In this document: piece after piece, positions 63,100 through 64,000 of the stretch
Layout of the letters: each line of letters begins with the position of its first letter
Position numbering within the stretch: the stretch's first letter is position 1
Virus record (IMG/VR): IMGVR_UViG_3300048850_000068
Location: 1-64,000 of that record
Strand: one strand, 5' to 3'
DNA from: a virus
Length of the DNA: 64,000 nt
The notes under the pieces: generated by a model
Told to the model about the DNA's origin: nothing
The model's database searches: none
What the model saw: only the letters and a program-made list of their open reading frames with translations
Program-made: the position numbers and the translations under genes

Positions 63100-63437
63100 T
63101 CGCCCTGCGCCTCGGCCTGGGCCACGGCTTCCTGTTCGCCGGCCTTCTGGCCGTTGGCGTTCTGGGCCGCGTCGGAGAGCTTGCGGAGCTGCTCGAGGGT
63201 GAGCGCGCCAAGATCCTCGTCCGTCATGGTCGGGAAGGCAGCCAACAGCACCTTCTTGACGTTGACGATCTCTTCGGCGACGTCGCTGGAGCGACCGACC
63301 TGCTGGATCAACTTGATATTGTGCACGAAGCTGTCGACCGTGACGGGTGCGAGTTCGTGAATCTTGCCGCCGAGCTTCACCTGGAGCAGAACGGGCGTTT
63401 CGATGGCATCGAGGTCGAGGAGCTGGATATCCGACAT
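63084..63437 (-). CDS. Tail assembly chaperone G-like
   Basis: Located between major tail protein and tape measure; ends GEENPQ*. Confidence 0.75.
   Translation of the reverse strand: MSDIQLLDLDAIETPVLLQVKLGGKIHELAPVTVDSFVHNIKLIQQVGRSSDVAEEIVNVKKVLLAAFPTMTDEDLGALTLEQLRKLSDAAQNANGQKAGEQEAVAQAEAQGEENPQ
63093..63099 (-). other. Predicted -1 ribosomal frameshift slippery site
   Basis: G GAA AAC just before the G stop codon; the -1 frame is open to 62734. Confidence 0.65.
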
Positions 63438-63481
63438 GGGGTCCCTATAGGCAAAAGAAAACTGACGGCCCTGGTGAGCCG

Positions 63482-63499
63482 TCAGTCATTACTGACTTA
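63482..63499. promoter_or_regulatory. 18-bp palindromic operator-like site
   Basis: TCAGTCATTACTGACTTA. Confidence 0.7.
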
Positions 63500-63522
63500 T
63501 TCCTGCGAGCAGGTCAAGTCCA

Positions 63523-64000
63523 TTACGGGGTCGCGTCAGCCGCCTCGTGGCCGACGTAGAACAGACGCTCGTTCGTCGGGTCCGGATAGCCGGAGAAGGT
63601 GCAGTTGAACACGCGCTCGTCTTCGAGCTTGTAGGCGAACTGCATCGCGCCCGGGGTCATGGCGCGGGGCACCACGAAGTCCTCGGACTCGTCGCTGTCG
63701 GGCAGGCTCTTCGGGTGAAGGCGCAGCTCCTTGGCGTAGTCGAGCAGCGACAGGCCGATACCCGTCTTCACATCGACGCGGCGCACATCGACATCGCCGG
63801 AATCCGTGACGAGCGAGGCGCCCGGCATGATCAGCACGAGGTTGTCGAGGGTGGTCTCGGCCAGCGGAACCTTCACGGTCACGTTACGCGACATGATGAT
63901 CTCGTTGATGACGGTCTTACCGAACTGATCCACTTCGACCTTCTTCGTTTCGGTGGTCACTTCCACCTCAACACCGCCCTTGGTGTAACCCAGGTCCTTG
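63523..64000 (-). CDS. Major tail tube protein (5' part outside window)
   Basis: DLGYTKGGVEVEVTT...DQFG...VPLAE; position upstream of the chaperones. Confidence 0.75.
   Translation of the reverse strand, partial: KDLGYTKGGVEVEVTTETKKVEVDQFGKTVINEIIMSRNVTVKVPLAETTLDNLVLIMPGASLVTDSGDVDVRRVDVKTGIGLSLLDYAKELRLHPKSLPDSDESEDFVVPRAMTPGAMQFAYKLEDERVFNCTFSGYPDPTNERLFYVGHEAADATP

Larger units (their letters stand above)
1..64000. mobile_element. Segment of a temperate siphovirus / probable phage-plasmid (SSU5-like gene content)
   Basis: Lambda-like tail genes co-occur with DnaE, RecA, SbcCD, CobS/T, PhoH, RNR and ligase, plus a plasmid-like rep/ctRNA/DnaA-box region; no host housekeeping genes or integrase in the window. 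Confidence 0.8.

Noticed and set aside
3495-63499. 18-bp repeats as a CRISPR array or integron attC sites
   Set aside because: Irregular kb-scale spacing, some copies inside CDS, no cas or integrase genes, and no attC R/L-box structure.

Overview
This window is part of a GC-rich, lambda-tail (siphovirus-type) temperate phage genome. Its gene set resembles SSU5/pHCM2-type phage-plasmids, and an alphaproteobacterial host is a weak inference. Almost all real genes lie on the minus strand. From right to left they are: tail module (major tail protein, G/GT chaperones with a -1 frameshift, tape measure with a cell-wall hydrolase domain, M-L-K-I-J, fibre); lysis genes; PhoH; Hfq-like protein; DnaB; primase; ligase; a replicon/immunity region; CobT/CobS (vWA + MoxR); sigma-like factor; DnaE-UDG fusion; SSB; 5'-3' exonuclease; RecA; SbcDC; RuvC; a nucleotide-metabolism block; an Acb2-like anti-CBASS protein; and a partial rIIA-like gene. 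The replicon/immunity region holds an XRE repressor, a DnaA box, a predicted antisense ctRNA and the only plus-strand gene, a wHTH Rep candidate. Four non-obvious signals stand out: (1) 24 copies of an 18-bp palindrome TAAGTCA-N4-TGACTTA across all modules; (2) 11 copies of a fixed-spacing promoter-like motif TGCAATCCG-N10-GCTATA, often next to those palindromes; (3) a C-terminal 'NPxWGMF' peptide shared by unrelated proteins; (4) small ORF cassettes bounded by 17-24 bp direct repeats. All family assignments come from motif recognition by eye; no database searches were run.
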